A stretch of DNA of 59,063 nt, counting the filler. It is 4 parts of 4 records of this genome, joined end to end, with 100 filler letters (N's around TTAATTAATTAA, not from the genome) between each part and the next. Parts side by side here need not be neighbours in the genome. Positions count along the whole stretch, not along the records: positions 1 to 17,456 come from SRR20825006_1166; 3 more parts are not named here. One strand, given 5' to 3'. A program made the position numbers and the translations under genes. Of the stretch, positions 1-10,177 are shown piece after piece. Each line of letters begins with the position of its first letter. Positions within the stretch are counted from its first letter, which is position 1. A model generated the notes under the pieces. The model was given only the letters and a program-made list of their open reading frames with translations. It was not told the DNA's origin and ran no database searches.

Positions 1-30
1 TCGGCAGAGCACAGGCAATCCTCAACAGCC
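1..30 (-). repeat. 30-bp terminal repeat, exact reverse complement of 17427-17456 (probable IS end)
   Basis: tcggcagagcacaggcaatcctcaacagcc at 1-30 vs ggctgttgaggattgcctgtgctctgccga at 17427-17456; identity stops exactly at 30 bp. Confidence 0.9.
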
Positions 31-167
31 GCGAAAGGGCCAAACAAAAACACTATAATACGACGGCGATTGCAATACCGCAAAGACGTCGCATAGTATC
101 AACAATGAAGATGAACCAAAGCATCTCCTAAATCAGACACCAATCTGTCTCAATTTCCCTGAAGACC

Positions 168-303
168 GACAAGAAACAAATCAGACCGCACTCACCCTTG
201 GGCAATCTTACACCTAATGAATGCATAAGGAAAATGGCAGTATAGGGCCAAAACAAATCAATGGATTCTACTCAACTGTGGATGGAAATTGGGCCTCAGA
301 TCA
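168..303 (+). mobile_element. IS3-family transposase C-terminal remnant with right end
   Basis: 168-245 translates DKKQIRPHSPLGNLTPNECIRKMAV*, matching the IS3 YNxxRPHSSLGxLTPxEF motif; followed by ...gggcctcagatca resembling an IS407-group terminus ending in CA. Confidence 0.7.
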
Positions 304-379
304 GGAACCACAACAATGACAGGGGTCAAAACAAACACTAAGCGAAAAAGTCGCTTTATCAAACCACCCTCAAGAACAT

Positions 380-1510
380 TCAATTCAAACTCATATAAGA
401 CAACATATTCCTGTTGACATCAACCACATCAAATTTTTCGATAACATGTTCCCTTGATATACAACCCATAACCTCGACTAATTCCGGATAAAAAATGAAT
501 TCTTTCATTGCGTTTGCTAGCGATGCAGGATCTCTGACCGGAACCAAAAAACCGTTTTTGCCATCTACTACAGTCTGTCGGCACCCTGGTGCATTGGTAG
601 TGATAATCGGCCGCCCCATGGCCATCGCTTCAAGGACTGTCCGAGGTGTTCCTTCACGATAACTCGGCAAGACAAATACATGACATTCTGCAATAGCTTG
701 CCTTACATCATCCAGACGACCGTGCCATTTTATAATATCACGTTTGCACCAAGACCCGACTTCTTCAATTTTGATCGCATCTGGATTTGAATCAATTGGG
801 CCGACAAGATGAAATTCAGCATCGAGGTTAGCCTGCTTTATTATCTGCGCCGCCCCAACAAATTCTCTAACACCCTTGTCACCTAACAATCGCGCAATAA
901 GTAAGAATTTTGTTGGGAAAGAAGGAAAACTCACCTTCTGAAACTTCGAAAGATTTACACCAGATCCATTCACAATAGCAGCGTTAGTATCCATCGTTAT
1001 TAACTTCAGATTCCGGAACTCCTGCAAATCATCTGAGTTCTGAAAAATTACTGCGCTTGCTTTTGACAATGAGAAGCTATACAGGAGGCTGACAATTTGT
1101 CGAATTACTGTTCTCTTTACAGATTTACGCTTAGCAATGAAGGCATATCCTAAGCCTGTAATTAGAGCATAGCTACGTTCAACGCCAGCCAACCAGGCTG
1201 CAATAAGGCCCCAGATTACGGGCTTGGCCGTATATCCCAGAAAGATATCAGGGTTAAATTTGCGCATTTTAAGGTATATTATTATCATAAGCCAAATATC
1301 GGAAAATGGGTTTAGCCCAGTCCGTTGCATAGGCAAGTCACTAAATTTGACGTTAATTTCTTTTAGCCAATTTAATGTGTCAAAATTTGAGGATATATCC
1401 GGTGCAGCAACAACAACACTATGACCTTCCTCTACTAACATTTTGATGAGTTCCCCTCGGAAGTTTCTGATGGAAAATGAAGAGTTCCCGATTATAAATA
1501 TTTTAGCCAT
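380..1510 (-). CDS. Glycosyltransferase family 4 (CapM/Cap1E-like)
   Basis: GT-B fold motifs: YTAKPVIWG, ARLLGDKGVREF, LPSYREGTPRTVLEAMAMGRPII. Confidence 0.9.
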   Translation of the reverse strand: MAKIFIIGNSSFSIRNFRGELIKMLVEEGHSVVVAAPDISSNFDTLNWLKEINVKFSDLPMQRTGLNPFSDIWLMIIIYLKMRKFNPDIFLGYTAKPVIWGLIAAWLAGVERSYALITGLGYAFIAKRKSVKRTVIRQIVSLLYSFSLSKASAVIFQNSDDLQEFRNLKLITMDTNAAIVNGSGVNLSKFQKVSFPSFPTKFLLIARLLGDKGVREFVGAAQIIKQANLDAEFHLVGPIDSNPDAIKIEEVGSWCKRDIIKWHGRLDDVRQAIAECHVFVLPSYREGTPRTVLEAMAMGRPIITTNAPGCRQTVVDGKNGFLVPVRDPASLANAMKEFIFYPELVEVMGCISREHVIEKFDVVDVNRNMLSYMSLN

Positions 1511-1516
1511 GTTGCC

Positions 1517-2710
1517 TCACGGTTTGACCTCAAGTTCTGCACTTCGCCAAGCGATCAACGTGCCTACGAGAATCGATAAGAAGTCGATTACCAGACAGCT
1601 GAGTAGAACACCAACGATCCCCCATTGGATTAGTATTAACGACCCCATGATTTTGCAACCAAGGCCAACCGATATAATCACATTTCCATGATCAATTTTG
1701 TTTTGCACGATCTGCAAAGAGCGCAAAAAAGCTCGGGTGTTTTGGTTGCCGAAATGAAATACGACTAGAAGTAAGAGCGAAAATGAGTACTCAAAATTAG
1801 GAATTATACTCACTCCCATATACAATAGTCCTGCAAAAATACTGTAACCGATGTATAATAGAACAGCGACCATCAACATAGGCTTTAGCGCTACTCTATC
1901 AGAGCCAGATAGGCGGATGCGTTTCCCAAAGTTCAAATTCAGCCAGGTGGGAGTTAACATATTTAGAAGGCGTGCGATGCTGAAAAGCGGCTGTACTGCA
2001 CCAAGCGCGGCCAGTCCAATAAAATATCCAGAAAACAGGCGAATAAACATAGAATCTATTCGCTTTGCAGTTACGCTATACAGAAATTTTAACTTAGGAA
2101 GTGATGCATTTCGGGGAGCAACAAAACCAATTGTCGTTGCCACAAATAGAAACAAAATGAGCAGGCAAATATTAATGAGCGCATTCGCAATCAAGTTACC
2201 GCCGGCGATTGAAAAATAAGCAACCAAAATAATTGGAATGAGGTTATCGATCCAAATAATTTTTCGATATAACAGACGTTTAAATAGAAAGTCTTTTCCT
2301 CTGTGCCTGTGGAGCGCTGTTCGGCAATTTATCAACCATTCGGCGCCAAGATTAAGAGCAAACGCCAGGATAAACGCACTTGCGGCCAGTGTGTGAGTGG
2401 TCGCCGCAAAGCAGCCAAGTACAGCGATGGACCACAGAAAATTTAACGTTTTTGCACAACGTTGCATGTCGCTATTGGACATAACGCCCGCGATAACAAG
2501 ATGAGCACCTTCAAACTGTACGATCTGTAATACGACAGCCAATATCGCGGTAACGAAAGAATATGTGCCTAACGCCTCATGCGACTGACTAAACAGATAA
2601 AAAACGATCAACAACTGCGTTCCCGAAGTGATCGCACGCGCAAAATAGATGCTTTTAATTAAGTGGATCAGTCTTTTTCGTGGACCAATGGTAGCTGCTA
2701 ACTTCGTCAA
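1517..2710 (-). CDS. Polytopic membrane protein, putative Wzx-type flippase
   Basis: Many hydrophobic segments; position next to a wzy-like gene in a glycan cluster. Confidence 0.5.
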   Translation of the reverse strand: MTKLAATIGPRKRLIHLIKSIYFARAITSGTQLLIVFYLFSQSHEALGTYSFVTAILAVVLQIVQFEGAHLVIAGVMSNSDMQRCAKTLNFLWSIAVLGCFAATTHTLAASAFILAFALNLGAEWLINCRTALHRHRGKDFLFKRLLYRKIIWIDNLIPIILVAYFSIAGGNLIANALINICLLILFLFVATTIGFVAPRNASLPKLKFLYSVTAKRIDSMFIRLFSGYFIGLAALGAVQPLFSIARLLNMLTPTWLNLNFGKRIRLSGSDRVALKPMLMVAVLLYIGYSIFAGLLYMGVSIIPNFEYSFSLLLLVVFHFGNQNTRAFLRSLQIVQNKIDHGNVIISVGLGCKIMGSLILIQWGIVGVLLSCLVIDFLSILVGTLIAWRSAELEVKP

Positions 2711-3870
2711 TTTTGAAGCTTTCGATCTTTTTGATAAATTGAAAGCAACTTAGCTGTTCTAAGAGAAAAGAAAAGGATCAAAGGTCCTAGCATTATGGTT
2801 ATTATGGCTGGCCAAAGGTCCGCACGCTGCACTTTTAATGAGAACAACAAAAAAGCCATTAGTAGCCATCCAGACTTGGATCGCATTACGATCAACCCAG
2901 CAAGTGTTAACGATATTGGCACCAAAAAAACACCTAACGGACCGAAATTTAACCACCCCTCCAGCAGCGCAGAGAACCCGGTCCCTACTGCGTTATTAGT
3001 ATAGAATTTTGTAGCCATTTGCCCATTGGTCATGGCGTCGGCATCAAACAACCTATCAATCTGTAATGGCAAGAAATATGAGTGCGTGGAATACTCCGGG
3101 TGATAACCAGAAAAATAAGAAATCTCCAAACCTGCTTTATGTAGATTATCGGAAAGCAATGTCCGCAGGATCTCCTTCCAAAAAGCCGCTTCGCTAAACA
3201 AGAAAAACACCGAATCCCCAGCGCGTATTGTATTAGAAAAGTACTTATACCCCCCCAAAAGAAAACCTAATACTGGCAAAAAAGCAAACAAGATATATTT
3301 ACTATTCTTAAGTTTACTAAATCGAATAAAAAGCGGAAAAGCCAAAAACAGCAACAACTCTCTTTCAAAAGAAAGAATTACATTTGCGAATAGTATAAAT
3401 ATCGCGATTAGCAGCTTTAATTTATTTTTTTCCGCCAGTATTATCCCTGAAAGAACTGCATATGTAGTCGAAGTGAATATCACATAAAATATATCAATCT
3501 TATCTTTAATCTCATATCTATTAATAAATAAGTTTTCACCATTAAAATACACAGTAATAAACAATGCCAACACCAAAATCCATATCGAACTACTTCTATA
3601 TTGTATAACTAATCTCTTCGGAAAAAGAGAAAACGTGAGTAAAAATACAGATACATATACGATATTATAGAAAAATATCTCCCTAACTGCTAAATTATTT
3701 TCAATCAAACTATCATAATAATGTGTCGCAGGGTTTATGCCAATAAATATAGATATAGGAAATGCAAGCGCAAAATAGCCTACCGGAAGTAACATCAAAA
3801 TAAATAAAAAAAATCTATCGAACTCAAACTCGACAGTCCCACTTCTTTCGATGTCATACGAATTAATCAA
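2707..3870 (-). CDS. wzy: Putative Wzy O-antigen/polysaccharide polymerase
   Basis: ~10 TM segments, large loop, very AT-rich, GTGFSALLEGWLNFGPLG motif typical of Wzy C-terminal loops. Confidence 0.65.
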   Translation of the reverse strand: MINSYDIERSGTVEFEFDRFFLFILMLLPVGYFALAFPISIFIGINPATHYYDSLIENNLAVREIFFYNIVYVSVFLLTFSLFPKRLVIQYRSSSIWILVLALFITVYFNGENLFINRYEIKDKIDIFYVIFTSTTYAVLSGIILAEKNKLKLLIAIFILFANVILSFERELLLFLAFPLFIRFSKLKNSKYILFAFLPVLGFLLGGYKYFSNTIRAGDSVFFLFSEAAFWKEILRTLLSDNLHKAGLEISYFSGYHPEYSTHSYFLPLQIDRLFDADAMTNGQMATKFYTNNAVGTGFSALLEGWLNFGPLGVFLVPISLTLAGLIVMRSKSGWLLMAFLLFSLKVQRADLWPAIITIMLGPLILFFSLRTAKLLSIYQKDRKLQN

Positions 3871-3897
3871 CTTGCAGCTCCGGATATTCGACCCACT

Positions 3898-4311
3898 CTA
3901 TTTACGCAAACCCACTAATGTTTCGTTGATTAAGGTACTGCTTGTGCCCTGAGTGTACGGAAAATAAGTAACAGTGCATGAAAGTTGCTTTAGCTCCGCT
4001 TCCATATTTTCCCAGCGCTCATTCTGATACCAATCATCACCCACAAAAAGCACTGATGCATTTAGTTTTTTTACAGCATCAACTTTGTCGATAGAGTTTT
4101 GCGGAATAGCAACATCAACATATTGACAAGCCCTAACCACCTCAATTCTTTCATGGAAAGGAATAACTGCCGACTTATGCTTATAGGATACAAGTTCGTC
4201 AACTGATACACCAACCACAAGTCGGTCACATAGCGCCTTGGCGTTGCGTAACAAATTTACATGCCCGATGTGAAAAAGGTCAAAAACACCCGTGGTGTAA
4301 CCAATGATCAT
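3898..4311 (-). CDS. Glycerol-3-phosphate cytidylyltransferase-like (TagD family)
   Basis: GVFDLFHIGH (HIGH), VGDDW and YTQGTSST motifs. Confidence 0.88.
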   Translation of the reverse strand: MIIGYTTGVFDLFHIGHVNLLRNAKALCDRLVVGVSVDELVSYKHKSAVIPFHERIEVVRACQYVDVAIPQNSIDKVDAVKKLNASVLFVGDDWYQNERWENMEAELKQLSCTVTYFPYTQGTSSTLINETLVGLRK

Positions 4312-5846
4312 TTTAGCAATTCCATATTCTCTTCAAACCAAATCTGGTAATTTTGTCGCCGCTCTTTTACGCTTCTATCTCTTAGCATTAAGCCCAAATC
4401 TACTGGAAATCCCACTTTTTCCATATATGCAAATTGTTCACCGAAATAAGACTTTGCCAATTCGCGTAATGGGGCTTTTCCGCGACCAAATTTAAAGAAG
4501 TCTTTTGGCGCGATTTGCATCGCAAGTTTATACAATTCAGGAGTTGCAAGCGGCTCTCGCCCCTCCACTCCTGCATACATTAGAGCAAAGTCTAAGCGCC
4601 TAAATAAGAGTGGTAAGTGGATTTTCACAAAAAACTGTCGAACCTTTTCAAAACTCGACATATCTCTTAACGCAGAGAAGAAATTATCCGTCTTTTCAAC
4701 AATTTCAGGACTTATTTCTTCGACAGAAACATAAGCATAACGTGATAAAAATTCTTTCGGCGTAAAACTTTCTACTTCAAGCGCCCAAGAGAAGATTCGA
4801 TCATAACCAGCAAAGAATTCGTCAGCTGATTCTCCTGAAAGCAGCACCCTGCCGCCTTGCTTTTGCCATGCCTGCGCAAGAAATGACAAGAGCACTTCAT
4901 TAGGCACAGATAACGGTTCTTTGCGGAGTTTGACCATTTCACGCAAACGAGTTCGAAACTGGTCGGGCCTAACAGTCACAATATTTGCGCGGTCGCCCTC
5001 CAACTTCTTCGCATGCTCAATGTCGAAATCTTGGTTGAATCCACCCGTAAAACAAGTCAGTGAATATCCGGTGCTTGCATCAATAATATTGCTATCAATC
5101 CCCCCGCTATAGAGCAGCCCAATGGGCATGTCAGCTATTCTTCGTGATGCGATCCCCCGTTGAACTCGATCTCTTAGCAATTCATCGATCATGTCGCTTT
5201 CAATAAAGCGATCACAGACAAAATCTTCACTATCGAAATATGTGCCATTTACAACACATGTGCCAGCATGCACCTGGGTGACGCCAGCAAAGTATGACTC
5301 TTCATAGATAGGTGCTCGAAATACCCGATATTCTTCAAGTGCAGCAACGCTATATTCTAAATTGAATATATCAGAAAGAGCGGATGCTTCAGATGAGATT
5401 GAAATGTAAGAGCCACGTTCATGGACAAACAAAGGCTTTACGCCAAACTTATCGCGAGCACAATATTTCAGGTTCCCATTTCCATCTATATAAGCGAAGG
5501 CAAAAAAGCCTTCGAGCTCGCCAAGGTTGAACCCTTCATGCTCAACAAGTCGCGATAAGAGTACCGTATCTGACCCTTGATGCTCGATTGAGTATTTGTT
5601 GGCAAGATCGTGAAAATTTAATATTTCCCCGTTGAAAACAAGTAGGCCTCCCTCAGGGGTAAAGAATGGCTGATCAAATTCCGGCGCATCTCCGATGATG
5701 GTTAGGCGTGCGTGATAGGCTTTCCAATTTTTGTGCTCAACAAGTCCAGATTGCGCATCTGGGCCACGAAATGCAATTCTATTCTCAATTTTTTGTAAGG
5801 TCGCATGAGATACCAACGGATCATTGGATAGGAATAATCCACACAT
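4308..5846 (-). CDS. Asparagine-synthetase-like glutamine amidotransferase (glycan amidation)
   Basis: Start MCG (N-terminal nucleophile Cys) at 5846 with upstream GAGGA; RGPD, NGEI, SGGIDS, SGESADEFFAGY, GVEGREP. Confidence 0.88.
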   Translation of the reverse strand: MCGLFLSNDPLVSHATLQKIENRIAFRGPDAQSGLVEHKNWKAYHARLTIIGDAPEFDQPFFTPEGGLLVFNGEILNFHDLANKYSIEHQGSDTVLLSRLVEHEGFNLGELEGFFAFAYIDGNGNLKYCARDKFGVKPLFVHERGSYISISSEASALSDIFNLEYSVAALEEYRVFRAPIYEESYFAGVTQVHAGTCVVNGTYFDSEDFVCDRFIESDMIDELLRDRVQRGIASRRIADMPIGLLYSGGIDSNIIDASTGYSLTCFTGGFNQDFDIEHAKKLEGDRANIVTVRPDQFRTRLREMVKLRKEPLSVPNEVLLSFLAQAWQKQGGRVLLSGESADEFFAGYDRIFSWALEVESFTPKEFLSRYAYVSVEEISPEIVEKTDNFFSALRDMSSFEKVRQFFVKIHLPLLFRRLDFALMYAGVEGREPLATPELYKLAMQIAPKDFFKFGRGKAPLRELAKSYFGEQFAYMEKVGFPVDLGLMLRDRSVKERRQNYQIWFEENMELLK

Positions 5847-5893
5847 ACCACGCCCTTCCTCGTTAATCACATCTTTGAAACTATGGTGATCGA

Positions 5894-7036
5894 TCAAGCC
5901 AACTTGGCGTAAAGTGCGCGATGTGACTCGCGGTATTTATCCCAAGAGAAATCTGCAACCCGTTTTTTTGCAGCTTGACCACGCAAGTTCGCTTCTTCGC
6001 CCAAACTTGCCATTAACTTCAACGCATTAGCCAATTGCCCAGACTCACCCGGAGGGACAATCAGACCAGTGCCGTCCAGAATCCAAGCGCAATCGCCAAC
6101 ATCCGTTGAAATACAAGCGCAGCCCGAAGCCATAGCCTCAAGTAAAACTTTAGGCAACCCCTCGGTAACGGATGAAACGCAAAAAATCTTCGTTGCGGCT
6201 AAAGCATCCCTTAGTTCACCGCGCGAAATTGAACCCGGCAAGGAGACGTTATCTTTCAGCCCCAGATTTTCAATTTCTTGCTCTAGGTTTGACCGAAGGG
6301 GGCCTTCACCGTAAATAGTCAATTTCCATTCTGGAAATTGCTCGTATAGCTTCTTAAAAGCTAGAATTAATGTCGAAAAGTCCTTGTGCCATCGAAGGGT
6401 GCCGACAGCCGTAATCTGATAAGAGTTTGGCTTTTTCTTTTCATTGTTAAAATATTCAACATCAACGCCGTTGGAAACTAAGACCAAATCTTTATTTGGC
6501 ATAATAGTTTTCAAAGCATCGACTTGGTGATTTGTCACACAAGCAATAACATCATATACGCTGAGCAAATAACGATACGGCTTGAATTGCACAATTCTGA
6601 CAAAATCTGTGCCGTGAAGGGTAATAATTGTTTTCGCACCCATAGCTTTTCCCCACAACGCAAGTAAAAAGTGCATCGGAGAATGGATGTGAACTATGTC
6701 GGGTGAGAGGGATTTCCCACGCCACATCACATGAATCGCAAAGACCAAGAGCGCCCATACCCGAACCATAGTCAGCGCAAGAAACTGCAATCCACGGCGT
6801 TTTTTAGGCATTGTAGGGTTTGGGAATGGCACAAAATACAATTGGCAAGAACTATTAGGAGCATAAATTGGCTCATCATTTGATGCTACGTCATAGGTGA
6901 AAAAGTGAGTTTGAACGTTATCTAGCTCACATAATTCCATGGCAGCCAAGCCAGCGCCGGGCCTTATTTTGGTCGGGCGGGAACCGACCCTTACTATTGT
7001 AAGTTGTTGCCGAGGCTGCACGTTATTTTTTCTCAT
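5894..7036 (-). CDS. Glycosyltransferase family 4
   Basis: NGVD, SSVTEGLPKVLLEAMASG, TDVGD motifs. Confidence 0.9.
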   Translation of the reverse strand: MRKNNVQPRQQLTIVRVGSRPTKIRPGAGLAAMELCELDNVQTHFFTYDVASNDEPIYAPNSSCQLYFVPFPNPTMPKKRRGLQFLALTMVRVWALLVFAIHVMWRGKSLSPDIVHIHSPMHFLLALWGKAMGAKTIITLHGTDFVRIVQFKPYRYLLSVYDVIACVTNHQVDALKTIMPNKDLVLVSNGVDVEYFNNEKKKPNSYQITAVGTLRWHKDFSTLILAFKKLYEQFPEWKLTIYGEGPLRSNLEQEIENLGLKDNVSLPGSISRGELRDALAATKIFCVSSVTEGLPKVLLEAMASGCACISTDVGDCAWILDGTGLIVPPGESGQLANALKLMASLGEEANLRGQAAKKRVADFSWDKYRESHRALYAKLA

Positions 7037-7694
7037 TTCGTATGAACAAATGCAATTTAACGAAAAACATCATCAAAAAGCTTGCCGAGTAAATCAAGGC
7101 AACAACGGGCAACACCGCTTCCAAATGCAATAAAGGCAAAACGCAAGAAAAAACTAAATAACCTTCCAAGCCCAACAAATTTCTTAAAATTATTGAACTT
7201 AGTTTTGCAGGTCTGGTCTTTTGTTTTTCTGAATAAAAATTGCGTGAAAAAAAGTAATTTGCAAAAAAGCAAACGATTAGACTATTTAACTCAAGGTGCG
7301 CGTTAGCCCCATATAAAGAAGCAAAAATAAGGGAAGCGTTTATGAAGATATGGTTGGTGCGGTCAAATCCTAATGCCGCTTTTGAAAAATTTTGTGTAGC
7401 TCTGGCAACTAACCCATCTGCCATATCAAGAATAATGTGAAAGCGCCAAAGTAGGAAGCATACGATAAACAGATCAAAATAAAGCGATGCAGCTGCTAAC
7501 ATCCCCAGAATTAAAAATAATCCAGTTATAGCGTTTGGCGTAAACCCCAAACGATAAAGCGCATAACTGACAGAAGGTGCAAATAGGGTCGAAAAGAAAT
7601 GCGATCGATCATTATCCTTTTGATCCGCCCTAGTAGATTTACTCTTAAATTCTAAAAAGTTCATTTGCATCAATACGCGATCAATTTGTTCCAT
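7023..7694 (-). CDS. CDP-alcohol phosphatidyltransferase family protein
   Basis: TPNAIT and LDMADGLVARAT...GFDR signature (DxxDGxxAR); hydrophobic. Confidence 0.82.
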   Translation of the reverse strand: MEQIDRVLMQMNFLEFKSKSTRADQKDNDRSHFFSTLFAPSVSYALYRLGFTPNAITGLFLILGMLAAASLYFDLFIVCFLLWRFHIILDMADGLVARATQNFSKAALGFDRTNHIFINASLIFASLYGANAHLELNSLIVCFFANYFFSRNFYSEKQKTRPAKLSSIILRNLLGLEGYLVFSCVLPLLHLEAVLPVVALIYSASFLMMFFVKLHLFIRNEKK

Positions 7695-8943
7695 TCAGGA
7701 TACTTGTTAAAGTAATCAAATTTTCTAGCCGAGAAATTTTTTCGTTATACTCTTTGCTATCAAAAATTGAATGGTCAACTGCGATAAAAGCGGAATCCCA
7801 ATTTCCCTCAATTTCTGCGATCGGCTGAATTCCATATTCAGTGAATATTTCATCTGGATCTGCAAGTGGATCAAAAGCGCTGACCTCAAGGCCAAACTCT
7901 TTGAGCTCAGCAATGACATCAAAAATTTTGGAGTTTCGGATATCTGGACAATCTGGCTTAAACGTCAGCCCTAAGACCAATATACGCGCCCCACTCACGG
8001 CTTGTTTCGCATGGATAAGCTTCTGAACGATTTTCCCAGCAACGTACTCTGCCATCCAATCATTAAGGCGGCGGCCGGCTAAAACGAGTTCAGGGTGGTA
8101 TCCAATTTCTTGCGCTTTGTGGGTCAGATAATAGGGATCCACACCGATACAGTGCCCGCCCACCAAGCCAGGTTTAAATGGAAGGAAATTCCACTTTGTC
8201 CCAGCGGCAGCGAGAACATCACTGGTATTAATATCCAGTTTATCAAAAATGAGCGCAAGCTCATTCATCAAGGCAATGTTCAAATCACGCTGAGTATTTT
8301 CGATAACCTTAGCGGCTTCTGCAACGCGAATCGTTGGCGCCATATGTGTACCCGCAACGATAATCATGCGGTATAGTTGATCCACAAATCGAGCAGCTTC
8401 AGGCGTTGAGCCTGAAGTCACCTTTTTGATGTTGATTAAACGATGCTCTTTGTCTCCGGGATTAATCCGCTCTGGGCTATATCCTACAAAAAAATCACGA
8501 TTGAAGTTAAGGCCAGAACCTTCCTCAATCAATGGCACGCAAACCTCTTCGGTTGCTCCGGGATACACCGTGCTTTCAAACACAACTGTATCACCCTTTT
8601 TGATCACCTGTGCAACGCTTTTCGAGGCCGCAATAAGGGGGGTTAGATCCGGTCTCTTGAAGCGATCAATAGGTGTTGGAACTGTAACGATGAATACATT
8701 GCATTTGCTCACATCCTTCAGCTCATGGGAATATTCAATATGCTTGGCCGCGGAAAATTCGGAAGCATCAATTTCGCCAGTTTGATCAACCTTATTTTTT
8801 AACTCCTCAACCCGCTTTTGATTAATATCAAATCCGATAGTCTTAAAGACTTTTCCAAATTCAACGGCTAATGGCAGACCAACATAACCTAGACCGATAA
8901 CGCCAATGTTTGGTTTTTCGCCACTTAAGGTGGTTACAGTCAT
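7681..8943 (-). CDS. UDP-N-acetylhexosamine 6-dehydrogenase (WbpO/TviB family)
   Basis: GLGYVGLPLA, ESTVYPG, YSPERINPG, KVIENTQRD, GGHCIGVDPYY. Confidence 0.93.
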   Translation of the reverse strand: MTVTTLSGEKPNIGVIGLGYVGLPLAVEFGKVFKTIGFDINQKRVEELKNKVDQTGEIDASEFSAAKHIEYSHELKDVSKCNVFIVTVPTPIDRFKRPDLTPLIAASKSVAQVIKKGDTVVFESTVYPGATEEVCVPLIEEGSGLNFNRDFFVGYSPERINPGDKEHRLINIKKVTSGSTPEAARFVDQLYRMIIVAGTHMAPTIRVAEAAKVIENTQRDLNIALMNELALIFDKLDINTSDVLAAAGTKWNFLPFKPGLVGGHCIGVDPYYLTHKAQEIGYHPELVLAGRRLNDWMAEYVAGKIVQKLIHAKQAVSGARILVLGLTFKPDCPDIRNSKIFDVIAELKEFGLEVSAFDPLADPDEIFTEYGIQPIAEIEGNWDSAFIAVDHSIFDSKEYNEKISRLENLITLTSILNGTN

Positions 8944-8944
8944 G

Positions 8945-9973
8945 CTAGATTCCTTTGTAGACGCGATACCAATCGATGAATCGCTTTATGCCCTCTTTGA
9001 AATTTGTCTTCGGTTGGTAGCCTGTTAACTCGGCCAACAAATCCGCATTTGCCCAAGTGGCGGGAACGTCACCCATTTGCATAGGCATGTAGTTCCTCTG
9101 CGCCTTAATCCCCAAATGTTCCTCAATCGCTTCAATAAAATCCATCAGATGAATTTTTTCTGAATTACCGATGTTTACAACGCGGAAAGGCGCAACAGGA
9201 CTGATGCTATCACCGTTAATTTTTGTGTGACGTGCACTGGGTAATTGTGGTGGAGCATCAATCAATAGTCGAATTCCCTCCACCAGGTCATCTACATAGG
9301 TGAAGTCGCGATACATATCCCCATTATTGTAAATATCGATAGGACGATCATCCAAAATCGCCTCAACAAATTTATATAACGCCAAGTCAGGCCGTCCCCA
9401 TGTGCCATACACAGTGAAAAATCTAAACATCGTTGTAGGGATATTCCAAAGATTTGCGTATGAGTGGCCCATACTCTCATTGGCAGCTTTTGTTGCAGCA
9501 TATAAGGTTAGTGGTGTATTGACATTTTGGCGCTCGTCAAACGGCATACTATCATTTGCACCATAGACCGAAGACGTTGACGCCATAAGCAAGTGGACTG
9601 GGCTTATCTCGCGCGCAGCCTCCACCAAGTTAAATGTGCCAACGATATTGCTTTGAATATAAGCTGATGGGTTTTCGATGGAATAGCGAACACCAGCTTG
9701 AGCGGCCAGATGTACAATGACAGCCGGCGAAAAATCAGAGATCGCTTCGCTGAGAGATTTTTTGTCCTCCAGCATTCCCACAACGTAGCGAAAGTTAGCA
9801 GACTTTGCTAATTCGGCGTGACGGGCCTCTTTCAGCCTTACATCATAATAATCAGTGAGGCCATCATAGCCCAATATCTCAAAATCGTGGTTAAGTAAGT
9901 TTTTCGCTAGGTGGAACCCAATAAATCCCGCAGTTCCAGTAATAAATATCTTTTTCAAATCACAAGACTCCAT
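8945..9973 (-). CDS. UDP-glucuronate 4-epimerase-like NAD-dependent epimerase
   Basis: TGTAGFIG, HLAAQAGVRYS, YAATK, RFFTVYG, RDFTYVDD; start at ATG 9973 or TTG 9958. Confidence 0.9.
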   Translation of the reverse strand: MESCDLKKIFITGTAGFIGFHLAKNLLNHDFEILGYDGLTDYYDVRLKEARHAELAKSANFRYVVGMLEDKKSLSEAISDFSPAVIVHLAAQAGVRYSIENPSAYIQSNIVGTFNLVEAAREISPVHLLMASTSSVYGANDSMPFDERQNVNTPLTLYAATKAANESMGHSYANLWNIPTTMFRFFTVYGTWGRPDLALYKFVEAILDDRPIDIYNNGDMYRDFTYVDDLVEGIRLLIDAPPQLPSARHTKINGDSISPVAPFRVVNIGNSEKIHLMDFIEAIEEHLGIKAQRNYMPMQMGDVPATWANADLLAELTGYQPKTNFKEGIKRFIDWYRVYKGI

Positions 9974-10177
9974 CAGCAGTGTTGGATATTTTGGAGCTCC
10001 AATATACACATTCCCATGCTTTATCAACTCAACATCCGCGAAATGATCGGCAGTATATGAACGAAATCATACAATTTGCTTGCCCGGTTTTAAACGGTTG
10101 CAAGTGTGATGCTTAAAAACCTATTTTCGCGGTTCAATCAGAGCGGATTGCGTGCTATCGAACGATCACAGATTTAA

